Of a DNA stretch of 64,000 bases, positions 53,928 through 64,000 are shown piece after piece. The notes under the pieces were generated by a model that did not search any database, was not told the origin of the DNA, and saw nothing but the letters and a program-made list of their open reading frames with translations. This stretch comes from Fistulifera solaris (Eukaryota), in NCBI GenBank assembly GCA_030295235.1, contig AP026139.1, positions 620,001 to 684,000 on the forward strand, in the 5' to 3' direction. Within the stretch, counting starts at the first letter, position 1. Every line of letters begins with the position of its first letter. Position numbers and translations under genes: made by a program.

Positions 53928-56900
53928 ATGGGCGTTCACGGATGGACATCCTTTCTCGTCGACTCGGAAATTCTTCCTCAAGTGCCGAAAAATCCGATCG
54001 ACTTGTTTGCGCTCGGCAACGCGGCAACGGCAGCCAGTCCTGTCATTCCTTCGAATGTCGTCTTACATGTTGATGGGAGTGGGTTGGTGTACCAGCTGTT
54101 TCTGGTAGCTTCCGCACGTTATCAGCAGGGACCGTCGAAGGATGCTTTGCCGGATACCTTCATGCCGCTAACGTATTTGGAGAAAGTTACGCAAGAATTC
54201 ATTACTAAAATGCAACAAGGAAAGTACACCTTCAAGATCTATTGGGATGGAGATCTTCGTCCGAAGTACAAGGCGAGAGAATCCAAACGAAGAAAGCAGA
54301 AGCGAGATGAGGAGTGGTCGAACTTGTACGACTTTATTCAAACGGGACGAGTGCTCAACAACGATCAACGGAGCTATCCTCTCCCCGTCTAGCCTTTACG
54401 CAAGTGAAGTGCGCACTTAGGGAGTACTCCATCTTTTGTAAAGGAGAAGCTGATTATGAAATAGCCAAAGCTGCGCTGCAGGCGGAACCACATTCGTTGC
54501 AAGTCGTGGTGGGAAATGATTCCGACTTTTCGTTTTTCCGAGAGATAACGTACTTGCCCTTTAGTACAATGGCTTGGAATTCATCCACGCATACTTTACA
54601 CGGGACATGCATTCGGCGATCCGAGTTAGTCAAAAAGCTAGATCTACCGGATGAAGCTGCATTAGTGGAAGTTGCTCTTGCTTTGGGGAATGATTTCGTT
54701 CCACCGGTTCTTTCCATCAATGAAGGAAAGCAAATTGAAAATAAGATTGCTTTCTTGCGTTCAAAGTCTGTTGGATATCAACTGCCCGCTAATCTGAAGA
54801 AGGCCATTCCGCGCCAAGATAATGATGAGCCTTGGACACAGGCCGAACTGGAAAATGCGATGGGGTTTTGTCGTCGATGGTACGACTTGGGTAATATTGA
54901 TGCTAACGACTGGTATGCACCCGAGCCAGAAGATACACTGATCCAAGTGATTGATGAAGAAGTGGGAGATGTGATGTTTATACGACCTCAAGATGATCGC
55001 GTGTTACCCGTCTTGCCTTTCAAGGTAGATACGAAGACAGTGAAATTCCGTCCTATCAAGGACAAATCTATGATCACTCCTGTTGCAAGATGTTTGAATG
55101 AAGCTCTGGTGGACCGTAAAAAGAACGGAGAGAGCAGCGATCCATTTTTATTACAGCAGCGGCACATTCAACTCTTGTCTACACTAACTGTCAGCACAAA
55201 ACGAAAGGCCATAGCCGAACGTCCAACATGGGACGATGTGACGCTGACCTATTGGATAGAAACCATTTTATCAAAAGCGTTCGATGCCAGCATGGGTCTG
55301 AAAATGGCTCGCATCTTCAAACCAAGCAATACATTTGACGCGGGCTCCTATTTCTTACTTTTGCAAAAGTCACGTGAGAAGCTAGGTGGAAAATCAAAGA
55401 CGACTACGAGCAAGAAAGATCATGATAGCGAAGAGAAGAAAGCAGAGGATGAAGCGTATGTACCGCAACGATTACCGATTGACGATCACGAACAGGTCAT
55501 TATAGACACTGTCAGAAAACACCGGGTTTCGATTATTCAAGGGGAAACTGGTTGCGGTAAATCATCTCGCCTCCCTATAATGCTTCTAAAAGCTCCTCCA
55601 CCCGACCCAGCACTTTCGGAAGTAGAAATGTTTGTTTCACAGCCTCGGCGGATCGCAGCGAAGGCTCTGGTTGAGCGTGTTCGGAGTATTGAACCGGAAC
55701 TTGGATCGAAAATCGCTCTTCGAATGGGACAAGGAGTCCGAGAATATGAAAGTAAGCAAACCAAAGCTTGGTTCGTTACCACCGGCTATTTGGTTAGGGT
55801 ACTGGCGAACGATCTGGGTCGTTTTAATACGGTCAGTCATTTGATAGTCGACGAGGTCCATGAACGGTCGGTTGATACGGACCTGCTATGCTGGTTGTGC
55901 CGTCGCTTGTTGGCCTACAACCCCCACATTCGCCTTGTTCTCATGTCGGCAACATTAGCAGCATCGCTATATCAAGTTTATTTCGATGTGCGACATCCTG
56001 TTATTCATGTTGGGGCCAAACGATTCCCGCTGAAAGAATATTACTTAGAAGATTTTTTGGATTCAAAACAGTTCAAGCTGCCCCCGAGAGAGAAGAAGAC
56101 TGTGGACGCACTGATCGCGAATTGTAAGACTACACAATGCCGTGCTGCTCCATCTAATAATGTCATGGAAAAGATATTTTCGTTCGTTACTTACCTGGCA
56201 ACATCACTCGGTCAGCCTGGCTCATCGGTTCTTATATTTGTTCCCGGTATGAACGAAATTGTATCGATCACGGAGTTGGTTGAGCAAGTTTATGTACCAG
56301 ACGTCGTGTTCACTTGCTTTCCCATTCACTCCGACATTCCGTTCGAAGATCAGATGGAAGTTTTCGCACCACCCAAGCTGGGGGAAATCAAAATTATGAT
56401 TGCTACCAATGCAGCCGAATCAAGTGTTACGCTTCCCGACTGCGACCACGTTATCTGCCTGGGATTGTGCAAGCAGATTGTTTACAATCAGCTCAGTCAC
56501 AGGCAAATGCTTCTTCCTACGTGGATTTCTCGAGCGTCAGCTACACAGCGTGCTGGTCGAACCTCGAGAGTTCGACCAGGTACTGTGTATCGCATGTATA
56601 CTCGTGATATTTTTGAAAAACACATGGATGAGTTTGAGCCAGGAGAAATGCGACGCATTCCATTGGACTCCGTCATTCTGATGTTGAAACAAATTGTCGA
56701 ATCAGAAGAGTCGGTCAGTAAGATACTAAGTGAATGCTTGGAGCCACCTGATTTGTCGACAATCGAAAGATCCTATGAAAGTTTACACAAGTCTCACTTC
56801 TTGACGCAGCCGGATGACGAAGGCAGCATAACCAATCTGGGAAATTTTGTAGCGGCGCTGGGAATAGATTTGACCCTTGGATCGCTGATAGGTCAGTATA

Positions 56901-58894
56901 ATGTCGATTTATCATGAAACTTTACCCGAATGATCTTACCGTCGCTTTTCACGTAGGTTTGGGTATTCAATTCGGCTGTGGCCCAGAAGCAATTCAGCTT
57001 GCTGGAGTCTTATCATTTACACAGGCTCCTTGGATTATGAGTAATCCTTTGATTCATGAACCCAGCAACTTCAATGACCAAGTCGCCAAAGCCTACGTGT
57101 CGCGTTGTCACTTCGACGCAAACTTGTTCTCAGAGCCACTCGCTGTCATGAATCTTATGTGGGAGTATTCCAATTCGCCCAAAAAAGGTAGTTTCTGTCG
57201 GCAATACTCTCTGTATGAACCTCGACTTCGACGCATGGTCAACATATGCGAAAATTTGCAGAGGCGTGTTGCCGATTTCATACAGCTTCCCTCAACAGCT
57301 CTCGACGTGGAAGCACCTCCGATTTTTATGCCCCATGCTAAGATCTGCTTGTTGCGAATCTTACAGGCATGGGTGTTTCACGACAGTGTTATTCAAAGTA
57401 GCCCTCGTGAACAATCCGGCGGTGCAACGGAAGATGCTTATGCCATAGAAATACTCAAGAAGAGTGATCCAATCGAAAATAAACACCTTCAGAAGTTACT
57501 CCACCCCAAGAGACACCCTTATCAGCTACAAAAGGCGAAGAAAACAGAACAGGTGGGGACGTTCTCACTGGGCGATAAAGGCTTCGATGTTGAGGCTTTC
57601 CACGAGCGAATGCTGTCATATGGCACCGAAAAGAATCACGATGTCATATGGTGGGAGAGTAGCGACCAACGCACCTTGTGCATTCAACGAGAAGCTAGTG
57701 CCAAGTTTTCAAACCTGAGCGACAACACAACTTCTGCCTTGTCAGCAAGTCTGCAAACTGAAATCGTGATGCGGATGACCACCAAAACCAAAGGTCGCTC
57801 CGAAAGACCTAGTGGGCTCTGGGTTATCAGTAAGAGTGGCATAGAGAAGAAGAAGAGTGGACTGAAAATTTGGACATGCTATGTTTTTGAGTGTGGTACC
57901 ATTAACAGCAAACGTTGGAACAACATATGCTTTCATTTGGAGGAGCGAATAAAGGCGAATTCGTCGAGTGGGCTTCACATGAAGGTTTCTCACACAGAAA
58001 AACGATCGAGTAAGGGAAGCTTTTCTTTAGAGGCCTTCGGTGGCCCTATCTCAACTGTGGATCTACAAGATATGTTTGCTTCGGCGAGCGTGCTGATTAC
58101 TCGTCACAAGTCGCAAGATTCGGAGCAGAGAATTGTTTTTATCAAACCGAAAGTAAGCCTCTTGGTTCTTCGGGCGATATCTCAAACACAAGCTGGGCCC
58201 GTCCTCCTGTGCAATCAAATGCGCCAGAAGGTGCTCGATTGCTCAGCGTTCTAGCATCAGGAAGGCGAAAGGCTCACATGGTCCGGATGGACTCGGACGT
58301 GAAGAAAAATGATGGTAATGAGCAAGTGTATGTGGATATGCTCTTGAATCGCGAAAAAACGAGTCTAGCAGTTCGATGGAAACGTGCCGGCAATAATGTT
58401 TACGTTAATGAAAATTCTGTACCAGCAACCACACTTCCTCTTGGGGGTGCCAACAGCTTATTTTGCGTCTGTGCCAATGCTCTTGAAGTCAAAGGTGGAG
58501 GAGTTCGGGTTGAAGGTTTAACGCTTCTTCCTCAAGGCCGATTCTTTTCATGTTGTGTAGACTTACGTTTGGTTTATTCCAAGAGGCTAACCTTTTGGAT
58601 GGGAGTCTGATTGACAAGAGCGTTACTTGGATCTCTCAGGCGAACCAAAACGAAACAGCTGATAAAAATCTTGTTCGTGAACGTGTGACAAAGGCTGTCA
58701 AGTTTCATGAGGGAGCCACTGCAATGGGCGAGGATTTAGTGTGTTATCCTGATAAAGTCGTCGAATTGTTACAGATTTTCGATAAGGTGGATGGCCATAA
58801 AACGAAAGCCTGGGAGTCACTGTACTCCAATCCATTCACGAAGAAGAACATCAAAAACGCGAAATATGTTAGAAAAGCTACACCGGAATACTAA
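53928..58894 (+). CDS. PIN/FEN-like (Asteroid/ASTE1-type) nuclease fused to a DEAH/RHA helicase
   Basis: MGVHGWTSFL, VDGSG, YWDG, GEADYEIA, GNDSDF, LGNDF; then GETGCGKS, SQPRRIAA, DEVHER, MSAT, FVPG, ATNAAESSVT, QRAGRTSR. Intron ~56892-56957; indels ~54385, ~58150 and ~58548. Confidence 0.85.
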
Positions 58895-58961
58895 CCTTAT
58901 TCAACAAGTTAAAGTGACTTTCATTAACAAATTTAGATCAGTTTGTTCGTAACCCGTACCA

Positions 58962-60623
58962 TTAAGATAGATTAAAGAAGGATTCTAATTGCCGGCAAGG
59001 AGGGCAAATAAAATTGCGCTCATCGTAGTCGTTGGCATCACCTGCGATTTCTAAACAACCAGTACAGCAGAAGTGGTTGCACAGATCGCAATAGTAACCG
59101 TGATCTGGATCCTTCCCATAACACGAAAAACAATCTACAGCAATAGCTGACTTCTCACCGGGTCGATAGGTGTGCATCCCATTGGAGATATTGTATTTGC
59201 TGTACTCGCAAAGCGTATGCTCAATTTCCTTTAAGGCGAGTCGTTTTCCGCCAAAGTACGGAAACTCGAGCCCGAGAATCTGAAATGCATTTTCTTGCAG
59301 TGCGGTCAAAATACGCGCGAGCTGCAGGTGTTTCTCAACTCCTTTCAACACCTCCAGTGAGTTTTTACTTGTGCGAAATACGAGCTTGAGACCTTCTGTT
59401 GTCGGTCGATTGTTAGAGAGTGATGCACCATTGGAGCACAGGGACAATCGTTGATCACTTACCCTTAGCCCCCGGCCCAAGTACGCAAAAATTGTAGTCG
59501 ATTTTGAGGCAACCACAGGTTTCCATGTCACATAAAATTTGCCACGCATAAAAGTCTCCCACTAACTTCATACCCCGGAGAACGTCCAATTTGTCTTTCG
59601 ATGTAGATGCCGCATAAAAGTCGTCAACGATCGTGTCCAAGTTGTTCAAAGTAAGATTTAGTGCCTTCATATACGGCTCAAATCCACTCACATTATGGGC
59701 ACCTGTGAAAATGCGGATTTCGCTTGATCACGATAAACCTGTGCTCTCCGACTGTAAGCTTGCAAAGACGCGTCAGTCGGTTCTGCGAATCCAATGTTTT
59801 CAAACGTCTCAACACGGTTCACGAGCCGATACATGTACGACCGCCAAAGAACTTGTTTCGTCCATTCCTTATGACTCCAGGGTCGCGGGATACAACGTGG
59901 ATTGTCATGTTGTTTGTCGTCCGACGAATAAAATAACTCCAAAATGGATGCTTTGAGAAATATGGTTCCACGATCAAGTTCCCGATAGATATTGCAAAAC
60001 GAGTGACGGGACATTCGTTCGTTCAATGAATATGGAAAATTTTCGGGATGTTGCATCTTCCGTTCCCACATTCGTTGTCGTTCGTACGCAAAAGATAAAA
60101 CTCCAAAATGTGCCATGACACGTGAGAGGATGAAATTCCCGGAATGAACGATGTCTTGTGTTGAAAGTTTTTTTGTTCAAGTCCCTGTAAGCTAAACAAA
60201 CAGTTGGTACATCGTATGTGCTGTGCCTCTGTTGCATACTTGATTTTCTTTGACAATGAAATATCGATCATCTCCATCACGAGGAGTTCGTCATCATCCA
60301 ACTGTATTGCTGATTCCTCATCGCCGTCATCATAAATGATACTAACATAGGAGCCTTCGACAAACTCCACCGTTCCATAGAAGTATACGCCATCGAATTT
60401 CTTGTATTTTGAGGTTGCGTAAGGGTCTGTTTCGAATGCAAGTAGTGCGCAAAAACTCGCTGGGAAGATATAAAAAAAACTCGCGTACCTTTTTGATTCT
60501 TTGACCGAAATGAAACGTAGGACAAGGTACTTTACGTTTGACATCGACTATGGGACGAGACAATACTTCGTCTACGTGTACAAGCGGAAGTGGAGCATCG
60601 GAAGGATGCTTCGTTGTTGACAT
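58962..60623 (-). CDS. Tudor + aGPT-Pplase1 (amino acid:DNA transferase-like helical domain) + Cys8 PHD/ADD-like finger
   Basis: GQRIKK|KFDGVYFYGTV..IIYDDGDEE (Tudor); FAYERQRMW..FCNIYRELDRGT..YRLVN..FTGAH..VGDFYAWQILCD..LGPGAK|EGL..LKEIEHTLCEYSKY; CFSC..CDLCNHFCCTGC..FICPPC. Introns 60401-60488 and 59396-59462; indels ~60172 and ~59708. Confidence 0.85.
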
Positions 60624-61283
60624 GTTTTGGTAAACAATGGCAATAATGATAAAAGTACTAGTAATGCAAGGGAAACATCGCACCGATCGCGATCGTCGTC
60701 GGATTTTTTTTCGGCTTCCAACTCCCGTTCAACGAACAAACCGCATTGAGGTACGGGATACTATTATGGCCTGCCGTACTAAGTCTACGAGGATTTCCCG
60801 TGGATATTCGAAGCGTTGCAACGATTGACGACGACTCCTCTTTCATCTCTACTTCTGGTACAGTTCGAATTGGTTCTGATTATTGTTACATGATAAGACG
60901 AGCTATACCAGGTATACTGGGTGAAACAAAAAAAAACGCTGGTGGCAAAGCGGACACAAGAAACAGGCCTACGTGATTTTCTCTTGTAAGACATTCGATT
61001 GATTTGTATTTCTTTTTTGATTTTCATAGCCAATATTAATATTGTACTTGTAAATTGATATGAATCATCATCCATGTTCGGGCAGGATACATTTGTGGTA
61101 ATGGATCAAGTCAACTTATTAGGATGGCCACTATCGAGCCATAACAGAGATGAGACGGCTCGCGACTGGTTTCGCTTTGAGTCTTGAGTTAACGTCGGCA
61201 TCATTATTTACAGCTTGATGCTCGATCGCGATGCCTTTTACACAACGAAAACGTCTCGCCTTGTTGACATCACAACAAAACCA

Positions 61284-62195
61284 ATGTCGTCTCCAGTGCC
61301 ATCCTTTGTTCGTCCTACAATACTAAATGAAATCAATAAACAGGTAGTTCGTCGAAAACTAGCGCGGCAACGTCACTGTCTTATTGAACAAGGCATCCAA
61401 CCGGAATATTTGGACTCTCTCTTTCCTCCACTCTTAGAATTGTTTGCCCCTCAGTCCGTACAATACAATGGAGGCATTGCGGGTGTCAAAGATTGGAAAA
61501 TATCATGTTATTTAGAAGTCATGCCAGGCGGTGTTCCTACGACGGAACCCAATGTAGATTTACTGCAATTATTTTTGCCCCTGTTGGAGGCATGTAATGT
61601 ACTGTTCTGTCACTGGTATCGACAACAACATGCCTGTAATCACAACAGCAACGTGAAGACTTCCGCTGTGCAATGCGAACGTCTCATGACGTTTATAACT
61701 CGATACACTCCTGCTCCGGGAGAACAAGCTCTGCTGAAAGTGCGTACATAGCCGAATACTCGCTAATATACTCCTCATCAGCCTCTCATCCAATGCCATC
61801 TTTGTTTCTTTCCTCTTTATTATTTATTCTGCAGCACGTCGATGGAGCAGGCAAAGTAGATGGGTCTATTGTAGTGGCCTTGCCCATTGATCGATGGTCA
61901 CCGGGAGGTGATCATTTGTTTGAAGGAGGTGGGTTAACCTTTTGGGATGGCAAGGGAAGTGATGGTTCACCACTCGAGACACATTATGATACAAGATCTG
62001 GCGATATTGCCTTTATCGATCGGTACGTAAACAAAAGTGCGTTTTTTCATCAATTTAGTGGCCTGTAAAAACCTGTCACGAACGAATGGCTTACGTGTTG
62101 TTGTTCTTCGTAATTACAGCGCGGTATGGCATCAAGCCGATCCAATTACGAAAGGAACGCGCTGGGCGCTAGTGATTTTCTACAGAGTGCTTTGA
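61284..62195 (+). CDS. 2-oxoglutarate/Fe(II)-dependent dioxygenase (prolyl/lysyl-hydroxylase-like core)
   Basis: FITRYTP..LLK|HVDG (HxD), FEGGGLTFWD, GDIAFIDR|AVWHQADPITKGTRWALVIFY (distal His and 2OG-binding Arg). Introns ~61740-61833 and ~62023-62119. Confidence 0.88.
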
Positions 62196-62435
62196 TGGAT
62201 GATGCCACGGAAATAGACTATATACAGATTATAATTCTGGAAAGAGAGAGCAGCTTGAATCAAGGACTTTAAGTGAGACTTGAATTGCTTTTGTATTAAC
62301 TGACCATCGGCTAGAGCTATCATACCATTCGTTAGGGAAAACCAGAAATAATTTAGATCAATGTAGGAGGAATAGCAACGAACTTGTCTATAAATTTAGC
62401 ACAAGTTTATGCTACGCAGTTGTATAATAATTTGT

Positions 62436-63094
62436 TTATTCCCATCCGGCCTCCGAGGAACTGATCACATAAGCGGCAACATTGGCAATCTCATCATCAG
62501 CTAGACGTCCGCCGAAAGCAGGCATGGCGTTCTTTCCGTTGGTGACTTGGCTGATGACGGCCTTCTCGTTTCGGCCACCAGCCAAGTATTGCTCCAAGGC
62601 CTCCTTCTCCAAGGTCTTTTCGGGCATGATCACGTTTTGTCCTCCAGCGTGGCAAGCGGCGCAGTTGGCGTTGAAGACTTGTTCTCCGGCGGCAACATCG
62701 GCGGCGAAGACGGGTTGACTGGCGATGACCGCAGCAGCACCAATGGTGGCGGCACCTTGGGCAGCCTGATGAGAACAGCGATCATAGAACGTGAGAGATA
62801 TCGAGACATTCAACATAAAAACGAAAGAATATTTGTAATGTCAAGATGTTGTTGAAGAGAGACAGCAAGTTATTGATTCACAGTTCGTGTTGGCACGAGC
62901 CAAGCACGAGGTAACGGACGGAGAAAGCGTGCCTACGTTTTTCCCTGGCGCTCCTTTTTGCAGCGACGCAACCTGTTGCGGAAGGATCGGCTTTCTGCTT
63001 TCTGGGGAACGATTTATAACATTTGCAAACGTACCTGCTTAATAGAGAAAGCCGAAGCACTGGCGAGAAGGGAGGCAACAATAGCGATCTTCAT
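62436..63094 (-). CDS. petJ: Cytochrome c6, nuclear-encoded, thylakoid-lumen targeted
   Basis: [19 protein letters not shown] presequence, intron ~62767-63034, lumen signal ..PVFA, then [32 protein letters not shown]. Confidence 0.97.
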
Positions 63095-63754
63095 TTTATT
63101 GATTATTGTATTGTATTGGTGTTTATTACGGTCGTTTTTGACAAAAGTGTGTCTTTTTTATCTCGACGTCTGTGTTGAGAAAGCACGGTCAAGAGAGAAG
63201 GTCCAACGTAAGGGACGGCGAACGGCGACTGACGAAAGTTGAATGTATCTTTTGGATTTGGTGTTCCGACGGAATCTTGCCATCTTTTGGTGAAGAGCTA
63301 TGGTCTCTCGGCAAGTAAAAGGTAAATCTGGGAGTGTGGACTATCTTGGAGTGTACCAAACGCGCCCGTCACGCGCAGACTACGTCCACTGTTTCTACGA
63401 ACACCACCGCCGCTCGGAGACGTCAACAAGTTGTCAAACTTGGATCTTGCAATCGGAAGAGGAGGACGAACGCCAGATTCCAGATTCCATGATGACGCCG
63501 TTGTTACAAGAACTCGGTTGATGACAGACGATCGGAAATCGGAACTACTGTCCGTCATCCGTCCGCGAAACGACGTGGCAGGGTCGCACGTCTCGCTGTT
63601 TCAAACACGCGCAGAACAGAAATCAAAACCTCGCCCGTACTCGCAAACCTGCACCGTAAATTGTTGTGAGCAATATACTTGTAGCATTCCATTGTCGATC
63701 TTTCTCCTTTCCCTCTTTTGTGCAAGAAAGATTCATTACAATCATTAATCAACC

Positions 63755-64000
63755 ATGAAACAAGTAGATTTACCGAAATGGCGTGACGACCCCTTCGAGT
63801 CGTTCAGTGACTGGAAAATAGAAATCGCATGCGACGACGACGATGACGACGACCGTCATCAATGGAAAGTCTATCCTGTACACAAGACATTTCTGGCACA
63901 CGGATCCCGACGTAGTGAATACTTTTCACGATTGTTTCACAGTGAAACAAGATTTAAAGAAAATGCAGTAAATACGAGTCATATCGTGCTCCATCTGATC
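63755..64000 (+). CDS. BTB/POZ-domain protein, 5' fragment running off the window
   Basis: Manual translation: MKQVDLPKWRDDPFESFSDWKIEI..VYPVHKTFLAHGSRRSEYFSRLF..FKE, matching the SD..I..HK..LA..SEYF..LF BTB pattern. Confidence 0.8.
   Translation, partial: MKQVDLPKWRDDPFESFSDWKIEIACDDDDDDDRHQWKVYPVHKTFLAHGSRRSEYFSRLFHSETRFKENAVNTSHIVLHLI

Overview
Gene-dense eukaryotic nuclear DNA, almost certainly from a (pennate) diatom. The evidence is short GT-AG introns, ASAF-type bipartite plastid presequences, a nuclear cytochrome c6, and diatom-type cyclin, DUF6824, BTB and kinase families. About 31 protein-coding genes can be reconstructed. Many are broken by single-base indels, mostly in homopolymer runs, which look like assembly errors rather than pseudogenes. 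Housekeeping genes include AP-3 delta, SNF1/AMPK alpha, Vps11, AIM24, DGAT2, a UAA transporter, transportin-3, STI1/HOP, YbeY, annexin, pirin and petJ. The top finding is a spliced gene at 58962-60623 (-). It encodes a domain resembling the phage thymidine-hypermodification enzymes (aGPT-Pplase1 / amino acid:DNA transferase) between an N-terminal Tudor domain and a C-terminal Cys8 PHD/ADD-like finger, i.e. a candidate chromatin-targeted DNA base-modification enzyme. It lies head-to-head with a 2OG-Fe(II) dioxygenase and tail-to-tail with a PIN/Asteroid nuclease-DEAH helicase fusion. Other notable items are an ATP-grasp ligase-SET methyltransferase fusion, a Vps11 with no RING finger, and an over-represented non-coding palindrome TACCWGGTA. 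No rRNA, tRNA, CRISPR array or transposon was recognised. All family calls come from motifs recognised by eye; no database search was run.
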